Assembly (NCBI RefSeq): GCF_009834535.1
Contig: NC_045697.1
Span: 76,262,001 to 76,326,000 of the forward strand
Length of the DNA: 64,000 bases
DNA from: Camelus ferus
Taxonomy: Eukaryota
Direction: 5' to 3'
Part shown: piece by piece, positions 50,239 through 63,180 of the stretch
Position numbering within the stretch: position 1 is the first letter of the stretch
How the letters are laid out: each line of letters begins with the position of its first letter
Program-made: the position numbers and the translations under genes
Notes under the pieces: generated by a model
Told to the model about the DNA's origin: nothing
The model's input: only the letters and a program-made list of their open reading frames with translations
Database searches by the model: none

Positions 50239-53200
50239 GTGAGTTTTAATAGCTGGATTCAGCTCTGTGGGGGTGGCCAAGCCCTGACCCTCCTTCATTT
50301 TCCGGCTCTTCCACTGTCCCTTTGGTCCATCATGAGGAGCTTGCAGGTCTCTCACTCCAATTTACTGTTGCTGTGATGAAGAATGAGTACTGTTGGTCAG
50401 GGATTTTTTTTTTTTTTTTTTTTTTTTGCCAGTAGGTTTTGTTTAAAAAAATGTAACCCAAGTAGAGGATGATTGATTAAGAAAACTCCAGATCTGCATA
50501 CTCCCATCCACCCCTAGCCACCATTTTCTGAAGTACGACTTGCTTAACTATCAGTTAAATTGCTTTCTTACTTTCATCCATGTGGATCCCTGTCCATGCA
50601 GATTCCCCTAACTCTTTAGAACCGTGACCTTTAAAGTCTGCCTGAGGAATGTCAGTGAACTGCACATTTTACAAAACTGATGTAAGATTTGTTTAGAACT
50701 TCAGAAAAAAATGAGAGGGGAGGGGGTAGGCATTACATTGCATTTTTACAAGAGGCCCATTCAGCAGCACAGGATATGGCGAAAATAAAACAGGATTGGG
50801 TGGGATGCATGTTTGGGTTCTCAGGGGGCTGAAATCAAAGAGGTGTGCAAACTATTCTGCATAAATCCCTGCCATCCGCTTTGATAAACGAGATTACGGA
50901 CTTGAAAGGTCGATTATATATTCTTAAGGAGAAATGCCAGGTTCTTGTTAATGTTTGTGCCTGTCAGGATCTTAAAATAGACTTGAGTGAGCTAATCACG
51001 TTGATGGCCACGTACAGCAGTGGGGTAAGAGCTTAATACAATTTTATTACCTCCTATGAGCAAATATTTGCCTCGTGAGACACACCCGTTCCCTCCAGAA
51101 TAGTCTTTTGTAAACAACTGGCTCCCCTTTTACAAGAGCTGAAATCGTTATGATGTTTGGGAACGCTGAAACCAAAGGCTAAACAGCTTATTCGATTCTT
51201 GTCTTACAGCCAGGAATGCTCACCAGTGGATTTTTCCTTCTCTGTCTTTCTCCCCGACCATGCCCAAGGCATGTTCTAGAAAACTAACATTGGCAAAAGT
51301 TCTCTTCCCCTTCCCAGTTTTACTCCTGGGAATGACGAATGGTGCATCTTTCAGAATGTCCCATGTAGTTCCAGCAGATGAACATCCTTCCTCCATTTTC
51401 CTCCACCTTCATGAAGCTGGAGCATTATTTGAGTCTTAGATCTCTAATAGGAAGAGATGAGAGTCATTTCTGATCATTCTTCTGCCAGGATTGAAGCCTC
51501 CAGGATTTAAGCCGGACTGCTTCCATGGCTCATGGAGATATAATGAGTGTCTCCCCGAAAGTGCCTTATTATAATTGAGTGGACACTAGGTTAATATCAT
51601 CTCTTCTAACATGTGAGGGTTGTGGGACCACGGGAAGCATTCATTTCAGTTATCTTCACTTGGTTCCTTTAACAGGGCTAAGTGTATTAAAAGAATGATA
51701 TTTTTCATGGTGAGAATAGAGGTGGTATCTTTTTTCTCTCATTAACACGTGGCTTGGTGTGTCTGTGTGTGCACTGGTGTTAATGCTCGCTTACAGAATT
51801 GCATTTCAGAATTATTTAGGACTATTTCATATCATTCCCATTGTCAAAACTGGCTTAGTCTAAGCAGATTAAAACAATTCTGGCCTACATGGGAATCATC
51901 TGTGTTCCAGCTAGCTTTCAAAATTAGGAAAGCTTAGTTGATTCATATGTAACTTCTAAAAATGTGTTCAGCTTGTTAATCATGCTTAAATTCTATCGAA
52001 GGAAACATTGCTTTTGCACCGTTATAAGCCTCCTTTCAAATTGTTCGCATAATTTTGGAGCCATAGAAGTTACCATTGTAGTGTGTTGACGGTTAGTCTT
52101 GGAGTCACATACTGTATGATACTGTGCGGTGGGTCTAAATTGTGAGTGTAAGTGTGTGTTCGTATTATGTGACTGTGGGTGTTTGTTAAGTTGGGCTAAA
52201 CTGCTGAACAAGTAGAACCAAAAACTGTATTATAGTTTAAACACAACAGGAGTTAATTTCTTAGTCCAAGGTGAGTGTCCCAGGGTGGTGAGTGGTTTTC
52301 CTCCAACGTGGTTTTCCTTCAGAAAGGAAAGGAAAGAGGTTTGGGGTCAATGTCTAGCAGTCTTTACCACCATGGGTAGTTGTTTGTGTCTGATACATGC
52401 ACACATTCGTTTATATTCAGGCAACATCTACTCAGAGCAGAAATCAGTATAAACAAATCACCCACACATATCTATGCAAACCCAAGAATAACACTAGCTC
52501 CTCTTTTACAAAAGCAGTAACATATATTAGGTTTGGGGGAAATGAAAACCACTGAAAATGGCCCCAGCAGAGAATGCCTTTTCCCATTTTGTCTGTAATA
52601 GCATTAAATCAATCAGTAAAAGAAACAGTTGTCAAGAGGAAGAGACTGGTAGGAGCGAGAACTAAAGGGAGAGGCTTTCTGCCACCTCGTCTTTCGGAGT
52701 TTTATCACCATCCTCCCTCCTCCTTCACGTTTCCTCCTAACATCAATTTCTGTTTGTTCATTGCTACTTGAGCAAGTCTGTCTCCCCCTTCTTCAGGCAG
52801 CCCTGACCACCCAGGGCTTCTGTGGCAAGAAAAGATCACGTCTTTTCCTCCCATGTGAGGAATATGCCACATAAGCAAGATTCCCAGGAATATCAATTAT
52901 TTAAAAACATCAGTAGATTACTGGATGTAAGACAAAAGAAATGGTTGGAGTTCTGGTATCTGCTGAAGTTGTGGCCATCTGATAAACTTGCTAGCTTCCA
53001 AAGGCAGATGTCTTTGAAAGAGGGTCCAGCTTCTTGTATTGCTCAACACCTCAACCTACACTGAGAGTGGAAAAGAAGGCAAAAGCTACAACTTGCAGAA
53101 GGAAGGGGGAAACCCACAAAGAGGCCAAATTGACACTTAGCGTGTGCTCTTTTGTTTTGGTGACATAACACACCATGTCAGTTCCTGGCATGCTGCTTTT

Positions 53201-54779
53201 CTGGCTTGCCTGAAGTAACAACAATGCCAGTTACTAGAAATACAGAAAGTATAAATGGTAACTGATAATATTATGCATATTTTTAATGACTTGAAAAAAT
53301 GTTTTCGGAAAACTGCCTTGGAGGCACTAGTTTCATTTCTGTAAATCAAGGAAGTGATAAGATTAAGCCGCATAAATCTATGCTTTCTTGGGCTGAGCAG
53401 CTCCAGCATCTGCCCAAGCTTCTGGCTGAGTGCTAGGCAGCCTCTGGCCTTGTCTTTGGAACAGAAGTTTGGAGGAATCCCCAGAGAAGGGGGGAGGGCT
53501 GGACTAGGTCTGAACTGTGAGCTGGGATTCAGCTGCTACCAGCATTGGCCTCCATTGACTGAGTCTGTTTGGAGGCCATTTGACACTATGCGCTGGGATG
53601 TCAGCAATGAGATGTCATTGTTGACCCCTGATTGTACCTGAAAATGAGAATAGTCGAGTCCCCACCTTCAAATATTGCATCTAAGAACCTGGTAAAAAAA
53701 ACAAAAACAAACAAACAAACAAAAAAAAACTTGCTAATGGTGGCACTGTCTTCATTTCAGCATTGGTGTCGGGTTTTCTCTTGAGCCCAGAAATACGTAT
53801 TTCCTTAGTAGACTTTTTGATGTGGAGAGCCTTCTGAAAGCCAACATCTCTGTCTTGAGAGTTAGTGGGAAGTGTCAGAAAGTTCTGGTCTTGACCAAAG
53901 CAGCCTCTGTCTTTCTTGAAAGTGAATTTGTGGCCCAAATGTCACCTTTGGTTAAGTTGCTATAGTAGATTGTGTTAGGTAAGGTTTCTAACCAACCTGC
54001 CTAATGTGTTCTGCTTCTGTGTGACCACCTCTGACTGCTTTACAAAGGGTCATTAGGATACTATTGCTCTTTCTTACCACCCTTCCTGCATATGTTATAA
54101 AGGGTTAACCAACTATTTAGATTTGCCTGGGTTTGAGATTATCAACTTTTCCATTACTTAGTAGAACAGAGATTCTAGAAACTTTGAGCATGGATAAAAA
54201 TTTCCATCAAAGTAACATTGTTGTGTTTTTTTCACCTTTATATATGAGGTAAGTTTGGGTATCTTGACACTTAATTCCACTGAGATGCTTTGCAGAAACT
54301 GTAGAAGTTTTTGGCTAGCACAAAACAGAGATTTCAATTACTTTTGTTGGCTTTGAGAAAATCACATAAACTTCCTATTCAGATACAGCACAGAAAAAGT
54401 GATTTATGCTAAAATTTACCCAGAATTGAAACTATTTTAGCATTTAAAAAATCAAATTGCTTAACTCAGTGGTCTGTGAGGAGGAAAATCTGGTTGAGGA
54501 TGTATAGGTCTGCTTCTCTGTTTCCTTTGGCTGCTTGCATTTCACTGTAAGTCAACCAAAAGTTGATGGAATTCACACTCAAGCTATTTCGCTACTTGCT
54601 AGCAACTCTGGGAAAAAAAGTCGGTGGGGAAAACGTTTGAAATTAATGATTTAAGTAAAAATGTTAGATTATGTGGGTTTATTTTAATCATTCCATCCCC
54701 AACCCCTTTAATCAGTACGAGTCTACAGGGCGATGGAGCCTGTCTTGCCTTTGGAGAGCCCTGCGAGGTCACTGCCCAG

Positions 54780-55015
54780 CACAGTGGACACATCCCAACT
54801 CCTCCAGGCTGTCCTTGCTGCCAAAACCACTCATCTGTGTTTTCCTCTGCTGGCTCCGTATATTATTACTCCCATTTGTATGTCTCATCACCCCAACTAA
54901 ATAGTAAGTCTCTTGAGGTCAGGACCTGTCTTCAATCTGTTTTCTCCTATAGTATTTATCAGCGCCTCATCCTTTTAATAGTTTGTTCTCAAAATGTTTG
55001 TTGGAGGAACAGATG
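54780..55015 (+). mobile_element. L2 3' end
   Basis: 'tgtctcatcaccccaactaaatagtaagtctcttgaggtcaggacctgtc...aaatgtttgttgga'. Confidence 0.7.
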
Positions 55016-55347
55016 AAATTGGAAACTCATGCCGTTCTCCCCAACCCTTTGATTTTTTTTTAACCCCATATTCATATTTCACAATTTGCCCTTCAAAAAA
55101 AAAAGCATATTCCTTTTGATTTTCCTGATTAATAGAAATGGGAAAAATTCAAAAAATATGAAGAGAAGCAATAAAAAATCAGCTTCAAACTTGTGCCAAA
55201 ACAATATGCCCTGTTATTATTTGGTATATTTCCTATCAGTGACTTTTCTGTACGTGTGTGTGTGTGTGTGTGTGTGTACACAATTGGGGGGGGGTTCTGT
55301 TTTATTACTTGCAAACATGCCATATTAAGTTTTCCATGCCACTTTTT

Positions 55348-55957
55348 TCACTTAAGAGTTACAATATAACATTTTTCTCCATGTCTTAAGACATTTTTGG
55401 TTATATTATGTTCCCTCATATGAATATACCATAAATTTATTAGTTAGGCTCCCTTTCAAGTTGCAGGGCCAGCTCAACCTAACTGAAGCAAAGCAAGAAG
55501 AAGAAACATTTATTATAATGGAGTATAAAACTTGACATAAAATTAGTGTAATCTTAGGGATACAGTGATAAGTGCCAAGGGCAGGGTGACAATATGGAGC
55601 TGTGAGGGGAAAGCATCTCTGGCTGGAACAACCAGATAAAGCTTCATAAGGGAGATGGTACTTGATCTGGGCACAAAGAAAAAGTAAAAATGATAATGAC
55701 TTAAATGTTGTAAGGGCAGACCACGTGATACACTATACTAATCATTTTATGCAGATTTTCTCATTTATTCTTCAAAACTTTTGCTCTTGTCACTTAACAA
55801 CCACAGTGTGATATTTTCCCCATGTCTTAAGACATTATTGGTTATGCTGAATTCCATCATTTGAATTCTGTATATTCCATCATATGAATACATCATAATT
55901 GATTAATTAGGTTCCTTTTAAGTTGCAAAACCAATTCAACCTAACTGAAGCAAAACA
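55348..55957 (+). repeat. Diverged non-tandem direct duplication (55348-55496 and 55790-55957)
   Basis: Shared blocks 'ccatgtcttaagacatt', 'tcatatgaata', 'aagttgca', 'tcaacctaactgaagcaaa'. Confidence 0.85.
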
Positions 55958-57287
55958 AACTTATTATGTTTATTATCAGATATTTTCATCCCCATTTCAC
56001 AGATGAGAAGACCAAGGCTTTGGGAGGTTATATAAACTCTCCCATGTTCAGTTAGGATTTTGACATGCTGAAATGAGGAATGGAGACTGATTTGGATGGT
56101 GGGGCAGCGGGAGGCAATTTAAAAAATGAATATCTTTACAAAAAGCATCAGTAGCCACATATGTCTCCACAGTGTCACAGTGTGTCTGCTCCTTGGGTGC
56201 ATTACGTTAGGACCTGCCAGATGGAGAAGACAGGAAATAACTACCTTTCACGGTGGCTCTTTAATGTGGTTCCTTAAGCAGCCATCTGTGCTACCCATTG
56301 CAAGAAACCAAGGATTTCAAGTCATCTCTTGAATCTTCTGTGTGACCGTTTCTCCCATAACGGCTCCTCAGTTGAAGATCAAAGGCCACCAGACATTTTA
56401 ACATAGAGCCAACTTCTAATAAGTGATTTCTACAAAGATGGGTAATTCAGGTGGCCTCAGAGAAATGCACACACGTACCAAATAAAAACTTCAGCTCATT
56501 TCCATCTTTTAAAATGTGATGCACAATCTGTTAAAAAATAAGAGTTTGCATCAGTCTAACATGCTATGTTGAGTTGATTCTCCTATCTACCTAAGACAAA
56601 AGTCTCTGTCTAGGAGGAATGTGCTTAGAACTTTGCAGAAGCCCCTAAACGCCTCTCCTGACTCATTCTTGCTGCTTTGCCTCATAACTCACAATGCGTA
56701 TGGGAAAGGTCTAATTTCTTCGTTTCCCTTTGCTCACTTGTTGCATGCAGGGAGTCACCAACTGGAGGTGGCAGCCCCAGGCTGTTGGAATGGCTGCAGT
56801 GGGTCTGTCTTTGAAGTTCCACCCTGCAGTTATCTCTCATTGCACCAGGCGGGCTGTAAGCAAGCCCGTTGCATGCAGCTGTCACCATTTAAGCCAGCGA
56901 GCGTTTGAAGATGTGCCGCCCCCACCCCACCCCTTGTGAGGGAAGCCAGAATAGAACAAAGTGTGGTCTTCCCATGAAATCGTTTGACTGCTTGATAAGA
57001 GTGTGAGTCTGCACCTTTTCCCCTTGACGGAGAGGCTAGGGGGGAGGGGTCATGGAGGAGAGGAAGGTGGCATTACCTCCCCTTTGCAAACGTGGAACAC
57101 AGGTAGCTGGAACGGCCACATATGTTTATTATGCTTCTTGATGACAAAATAGTTCGCTTATGGTGGAGATGGTGGTGACGGCATCGGGAGGAAGAAAAAA
57201 GGGAAGGCGGGTCTCAGAATTTCTGGAGGATCTGTCACATGAGCCTCTCCCACACAGTGCTTCTCACCTCTTCCCCTCTGTGTTCAG

Positions 57288-57765
57288 AGCACAGTTGAGA
57301 CCCTGAATCCTCACACTGCTGTCGAACATATGTTCTAAATGAGCGGTGAGATAATGTCGCAGCCGTTGAGGCAAGCAGCATCAGCTGTGGTTTTTGATTT
57401 CCTCACCACGTCTTTATCACCTGACAAGTGAGTTGGTGTCACCCCTGGAGTGTGAGCCAGGACAAATTTTTGCCACCTCTTTTCCCCACGCCCAGGGCTC
57501 ATCTCACCCAAAGAAGCAGACAGTCTTTCAAAAGAAAGTGGCTGACCAGAAGGGCACCGCATTTGCCCAGACCTCCCAACCATCTCATCCAAACTCTTCC
57601 TTTTGGGTAGATTTCTCTGTCGCTGCAAATACCACACAGGGAGAACTGGTGCTTGGCTTCTGGGTTTGTGTGACAAAACTACTTGCAGGATCCAAGCGAG
57701 GACCAAGGCGCCGGCCAAGTGCTGGGGGATCGACTTGTGATTTCGCTGACCAGCTGTCCCCCTGG
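57288..57765 (+). other. Candidate exon of an unidentified gene (donor at 57427 or 57765)
   Basis: Branch-like ttctcac plus polypyrimidine tract plus cag| at 57287; donors CAA|gtgagt (57428) and TGG|gtaagc (57766); repeat-free and CpG-retaining. Confidence 0.45.
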
Positions 57766-58914
57766 GTAAGCCGCCCCGGCAGCCGACTTCGCAAAGGAGC
57801 CAAGCGACCAACAGCAAATTGCTCATCTTACAAACAAAAATGCAGACGGGACAGGAGGAGAGCCTGCGTAAGCTGAGTTACAAACTGCTGTCAGGCCTGG
57901 GTGGGAAGTTGGTGGTCAGCGATGGGGCCTCAGGTTCTCTGCTGCTGGAAGGAAGGGACACGACCTGTTATTCAGGCTGGAAAGACAGTGGAGGAATTCC
58001 TGGTATGAGGACTGTCGGCCTCTCTCTGCATCTGCAGACACCATGTGGCTGGCCCCTTGGTGGCCTGGGAGATTACATAAAGGGCTGGAAAGCCCGCGGT
58101 CTTTGGGAAGGATAAACATCTTCCTTCTGCCACCAAAGCAGTAGCAATTGTGGTTCCAGGATGGGAGGTTTCAAAACAAAACCGGGCCAGTGCTGTTGGC
58201 ACTGCGCTGCCTCCCAGAAGATACCATCAGCTCTCATCAGACACCAATTTTCTAGTTTGTGGATTACCCAGACCTTTATTCTTCCCTTCCTATTTGGCAG
58301 AATCAATAAAACAAAATTCAGACTGCCCAATTTTTCTATTTGTAAGCACTTTATAGAAAAGGTTTGGTTGCAGAAGTGATTCAAGCGACTGACCGAAATT
58401 CAGTTTTCAGACCACGTGTGCCTAAGAATGGCTTTGGACTCTTGGAGAGAAGTCTGAGAAGGGTCCCGGGGCTTGGCCAAGCAGGTCCCGGGTCTCCCCG
58501 TTCCTTCCAGCTTAAGCTAGTGTGAGGCCAAGAGGAGGGTTAGACCGGTTCCTGTTTTAGCGTTTTCGGTCCTCAGAGGGATCCCGTGTCCTCTCACAAA
58601 GCTCTGGGCAGCACCTGGGACACTCTGGCACAAAGCATATCATGGTCTTGGTGGAATAACCTTCCGAGTTAAGAAGTCCTTAGAGGAAGAGGAACACCCA
58701 GGATGAAGAATTGCCCAAGTGTGGTGACGCCATTCTTCATAAGAGGGGTTGTGGAAGCAGTAAAACTATTTCTTGGGAGAAGTGGCATGAAGACTGTGTG
58801 TCACCCTAAGACTGACACTCTGTTGACATGGCGAAATGGGTTCAGAGAGGGACTGCGTCCTGCTTCATGGGCTCCATGCTCCAAGCTGTTGTTCACACAC
58901 CAGTTCTGTTAGGG

Positions 58915-59135
58915 GTGTCAGAACTGGGCCAGGAGAGTTTGGGGATGTCTGGGTTTGAATTCTCGACTCGCCACTTGAGAGATGTTTATCCTTTCTGAGA
59001 CGCAGACGCCTGATCTGGAAGACTGGGACCATCTTATCTGTTGAAGAGAGCTGGGGAGTAAGATAAATTAGATACAGCGTGGAAGGAGTCTCGCCCCATG
59101 GGGGGAGCTAGAATAAGCACTCAGCATGTGTAATT
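58915..59135 (+). mobile_element. MIR SINE
   Basis: 'tctgggtttgaattctcgactcgccactt...tttctgagacgcag...gaataagcactcag'. Confidence 0.65.
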
Positions 59136-59619
59136 GCCGCCTCGTTATCCTCTGCTTCCCCATGTCCAAGAGCAATTACAAAAAGGCACTGGAATATGGG
59201 GTTGAGTCATTGGAGACAGAAACCTGAAGGGCAAGAGGAACTAGCAAGTCAGCCTGAGAGGGCAAGAGTGTGCATAGCGCTGAAAGCCACCTGGGCCTGC
59301 CGTGCAGCACCTGCATTTGAAGCAGAGACTGAGCAAGTGACGCAGTGGTGGCTGTGCCATCAGGTGGTTCTCACGAGGGACGGTCAGTGTGTCATTTGGA
59401 GACTCAGCATTGGAGCATGAACTTTGCAGCAGGCCGTCCAGTCCTCTGAGGAGGGGTTGGAGGTAGGGAAGGGGGCAGGCCAAAAACTCACCCCTGGGGA
59501 TGTGGAGTGTGATGTTGGACGCATTCATTAGAGAAAAAAGGCAGGAACCTAATTATTAGAGAATTTGGGGTCCCCCCATGACAGAATTTCTGAGCCTATG
59601 AGTGAACTAGAACTTCTGA

Positions 59620-59622
<3 letters not shown>

Positions 59623-59667
<45 letters not shown>
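59623..59667. repeat. (CA)22 microsatellite
   Basis: Perfect CA run. Confidence 0.97.
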
Positions 59668-59669
<2 letters not shown>

Positions 59670-59724
59670 TGGAATGAGGGAGGTATGGCTTAATTATAAT
59701 ATGTAGAAAAAGAAGTGGGAATTT

Positions 59725-59915
59725 TCTTTGACTCATTATATGTCAACAGAGTGATGTGGCTACAAATCCTAGAGAACATTAGTATTACCAGAAGTATCCT
59801 AGCTAGATCTAGAGAGTATATAGCCCTGCTGATCCTGCTTCATCAGGGTGCACATTGGCAGGTGAGCGATGATGGTGAGGTGACAGGAAACTGAACCATC
59901 TGGAAAAGTGTTGGA
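59725..59915 (+). mobile_element. L3/CR1 LINE fragment (probably resumes ~60420-60670)
   Basis: 'tatgtcaacagagtgatgtggct...agaagtat...tagccctgctgatcctgc' resembles the CR1/L3 ORF2 3' region. Confidence 0.6.
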
Positions 59916-59940
59916 GGAGGTACAGAGGTTTAGAAGAGAA

Positions 59941-60400
59941 TGTATCAGTCAGGGCTCATAGCTGCTAACAACAGAAACTGACTCTGGCTAACTTCATCAA
60001 AAAAGGAATTTGTTGGAAGGTTATTGACTTGTACCATCATCAGAAGACTGGTGAGTCTGGTGGGGGAAACACTCAAGAGCCAGGTGAGGCTGGCAGCAGA
60101 GGGCAGAGCCGTGGTTACACCACAAGAACCATCTAGCCAGGGTGTCGCGCTGGCACCACCTCCACTCCTCACTGTGGCCGCTGCTGCCACAGTGGCCCTT
60201 CTCTCTTCCACAGATAGTCTTGGACTGTTCCTGCCTCTCCCCACCTCTCTTATATGAAAAATCCCACTCAGCGCTTCCGGTTGGCTACATGACTGTGCGC
60301 TGGCTGTGTGCAGATGAGTAGAGGGAATGCCCAGTTCTCTTCGGCTTCTGTGATGGGAAGTAGGTCCCCACCTCCCTCGAAAACTCACAAAACTGGAGAA
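59941..60400 (-). mobile_element. Old MLT1-like LTR
   Basis: Starts 'tgtatcagtcagggctc...aacagaaactgactctggctaactt...aaaaggaatttgttggaagg'. Confidence 0.65.
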
Positions 60401-61939
60401 AAATTACAAAAGAAGAGGAGTTAGAGTCCAGGGCAGACATGAACAAATGAAAAAGCAAAACCAGCTAAAAAGCAGCGATCTGTGGTGACTTGTGTAAAAC
60501 CCTGAGAGAACGATCGACAGATACATGCAATTGTGAAGAAGATACTCATTTGTTCAAAACATGTTTCTAATGAAAAAACCTGGGCCAACATGATTGAGTT
60601 GCCTTCAGTCATAATGAGTTCTCCATTCCTGGCAGAATGCAAGAAAGGGTGGTGACCACTCGGTGAAAGTTTTCCTCTGTAATAATAAATTTCTAGTAAT
60701 AAATCATCTAGTTACCAGTGTATTTCTTTCTAAATTATTCTGTCTACATTGTAAGGAGAATATTCGAGAAACTCTCCTGTGGATTTGACGTTTCCACTCT
60801 TAAACCCTAGGCCTTGAAACAACTCACATGTGCTTGGGTGCAAGTGTGGAAAAAGCTATGGATCCCTTGATATTTTCCAACAGATTTAGAGAATGGAGGT
60901 GGGGGAAGCAGAGAGTGAACATGTATTTCCCGTCTCCCAGAAGTGTACGTCAGTCATCCACGCCAGGAATAGGCAGACTGGAGGTGTAGGAAGTTTCTGA
61001 CTACTAAATTGGTCCCTAAAACCTCCATCAGGCTGGAAGTTAGATATGGGCCAGGGGTAGAGGAAAGGTATGATGGCTGGGGTAGACTTCCCACCCTCCC
61101 GCCACTTCCCACTCCAAGGAGGGAGGCACTGAAGGCTAATTGCACCTGGCGCCCAGGGAGCGACATCTAGGGTCACTGGGGTTTGGCCGTTCCTCTGCCC
61201 GGTTCCTTTACTTTGTGTGCTTGGGTCAATTTCTTCTCTGTTGCCCATAAATATTTACAGCTCCTCCATGCCCTTGCAAATTGGATTAATCTTAGCATAT
61301 TTCTGGGACAGAGACGCTCCTGTCCAACCTCAGTCCTAAGGAATAGGCAAGAGTTCTTTTTTCCTTTATACTGAGAGAGCTCCAGGAGAGAGAGAGAGAA
61401 GGGAGGGAGAAACCAAAGAAGGGAAGGAGAAAGAGGGAAAACAAATATTGAAAAAATTTATATGTAAGCTCAATGGCAAAGGAGATATGAGCTCAGTGTT
61501 TGGGGGGCAAATGAGGAGAACGGGGGTACTGAAGGATGAAATCAGTACCCAGGTCAGGGAGTGACGAGACTGGGTGAGTCCAGAAGTCTCAGTCCCCCAG
61601 CACGATGTCCAGGGGCTGAAACCCTCTTCCCCAGGTAAGGGAAAGAAGGAATGCCTTGAAGTCCACAACATTCTGGAAGTGAAAGGACAGATAAAGGAGT
61701 TTCTGAGCAGGGCTATTAGTGTGGCTAATTACCATAATCATTCAAGTTTTATTTAAATTCATCATTTAAATTCATCTTCGGAAAAGGGATTTTAAAGCAG
61801 TTCAACTGCCAGGCGCTCCCCCTTCCTTGCAAATTTTAAACTGCCTGAGGTTTCAGTCTTTTCAGATATTCACCATTTTCTGTTCAGAAAAATGCCTTCC
61901 CTTGAAATGTTGACTGTTAAGGAAATTTATCTTTTCCTT

Positions 61940-62240
61940 CAGTCTTCACAGGAACGCGGGCGATTAGCCACGGAGCCCTTCTCTGTCTGGCACCGGGCGG
62001 CAGCCGCCCAGCGACGCAGAGGCCATTTGAATGGAACTGCAGAATAATCTCGGAAGAAAAAGCAAGCTCGCCCGAGTGGCGGCGGCCCATTGTGCTGAGT
62101 TAAACACACTGGGGAGAGTCTGGTTGGCGGCGGGAGGTGTGCTGTTAATGACAACGGTGGGGCAGTGGCTGCAGAGGTTAATGTCAGTCTACCGGATCCT
62201 TTGTAATTAGTAGTCCCTATACATCCTAATTAAAGACCCC
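61940..62240. promoter_or_regulatory. Small CpG-rich, repeat-free candidate enhancer
   Basis: Locally dense CpGs; SOX-like cattgtg and multiple TAAT/TAATTA cores. Confidence 0.4.
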
Positions 62241-62359
62241 AAGTGTTTTTTTTAAATAAGTTTTTTTTTTTTTCAGCAGCAGCAGAAGACCTTTAAACCC
62301 TTGAAGTCTATACATTATGGGAACCCCAATATATAGAACAGATAATAATCTTTAAAATG

Positions 62360-62560
62360 TATACATTTTTCATGTAGTGCATTTTATATATTCATTAATT
62401 TAATCCTCATAACACCCTATAAAGAAATATTATTATCATCTCTATTTATGGATGGGGAAACTGAGGCACATAAAAGTAAGGTAACTTGGCCGAGATCATG
62501 TAGCTGGGAAATAGGAGGGCTGTGACTAGAACCCAGGCAGTCAGCCTCAGAACCCTCTTA
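62360..62560 (-). mobile_element. MIR SINE
   Basis: 'taatcctcataacaccctat...ggggaaactgaggcac...gtaacttggccgagatca...gaacccaggcagtc'. Confidence 0.85.
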
Positions 62561-63029
62561 GCTTATGTGGGAGTGGAGGACTCTGGGCTCTGGCCTCACC
62601 CCTCTCTCTTCTGGCTCTACAAAATACCTTGGGCTCTCTAAAACACAGCTCAAAAAGCTACTCATAATAGTTCAGCTCTCTTCTCTTAGGGATGAAGAAA
62701 ATGAAACCCAGAGAGGTAAAGTGACTTTCCTGAGATCTCACAATCAGCAAAAATGGGTCACTCACATCCTCTTCTTTAAGTTAAAGACTCACCAGTTTCT
62801 CTCCCGAAAGGCAAACTCTGTATTTTCTGTTGAGAAAAATGCCTGGAGGGTGTGTGAGGGTATCTTGAAGAGTGTTTAGATGGATGCAGGAACCTGATAA
62901 ATGTCAAAATGATCAAAGCGCAGCTTGGGGGGAAACCCAAATTAACTAAATAATGTCTTTCACTTCCTCCTCCTTCTTATATGAAGCTCAGGATAAGCTG
63001 AGGGCAAGTGAGACCCAAGTCATAAACCG

Positions 63030-63180
63030 TCATTCATTTACTCAACAAATAATGATTGAGAACCTACTGTGTGTCATGAACTGATCACATGCAGACACAT
63101 CCCATGTGTCACATACTAGGTGTGGGGACACAGTGGAGAGTAAGTCAGGTTCCTGCCCTCTTAGAGCTCACACTCCAGGA
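63030..63180 (-). mobile_element. L2 3' end
   Basis: 'tcattcatttactcaacaaataatgattgagaacctactgtgtg...cctgccctcttagagctcaca'. Confidence 0.75.

Noticed and set aside
58048..58066. CTCF-like motif (minus strand ggccaccaaggggcca)
   Set aside because: Mismatch at a core position; such partial matches are expected by chance in 64 kb.
59945..60388. 147-aa minus-strand ORF
   Set aside because: Lies entirely within an MLT1-like LTR.
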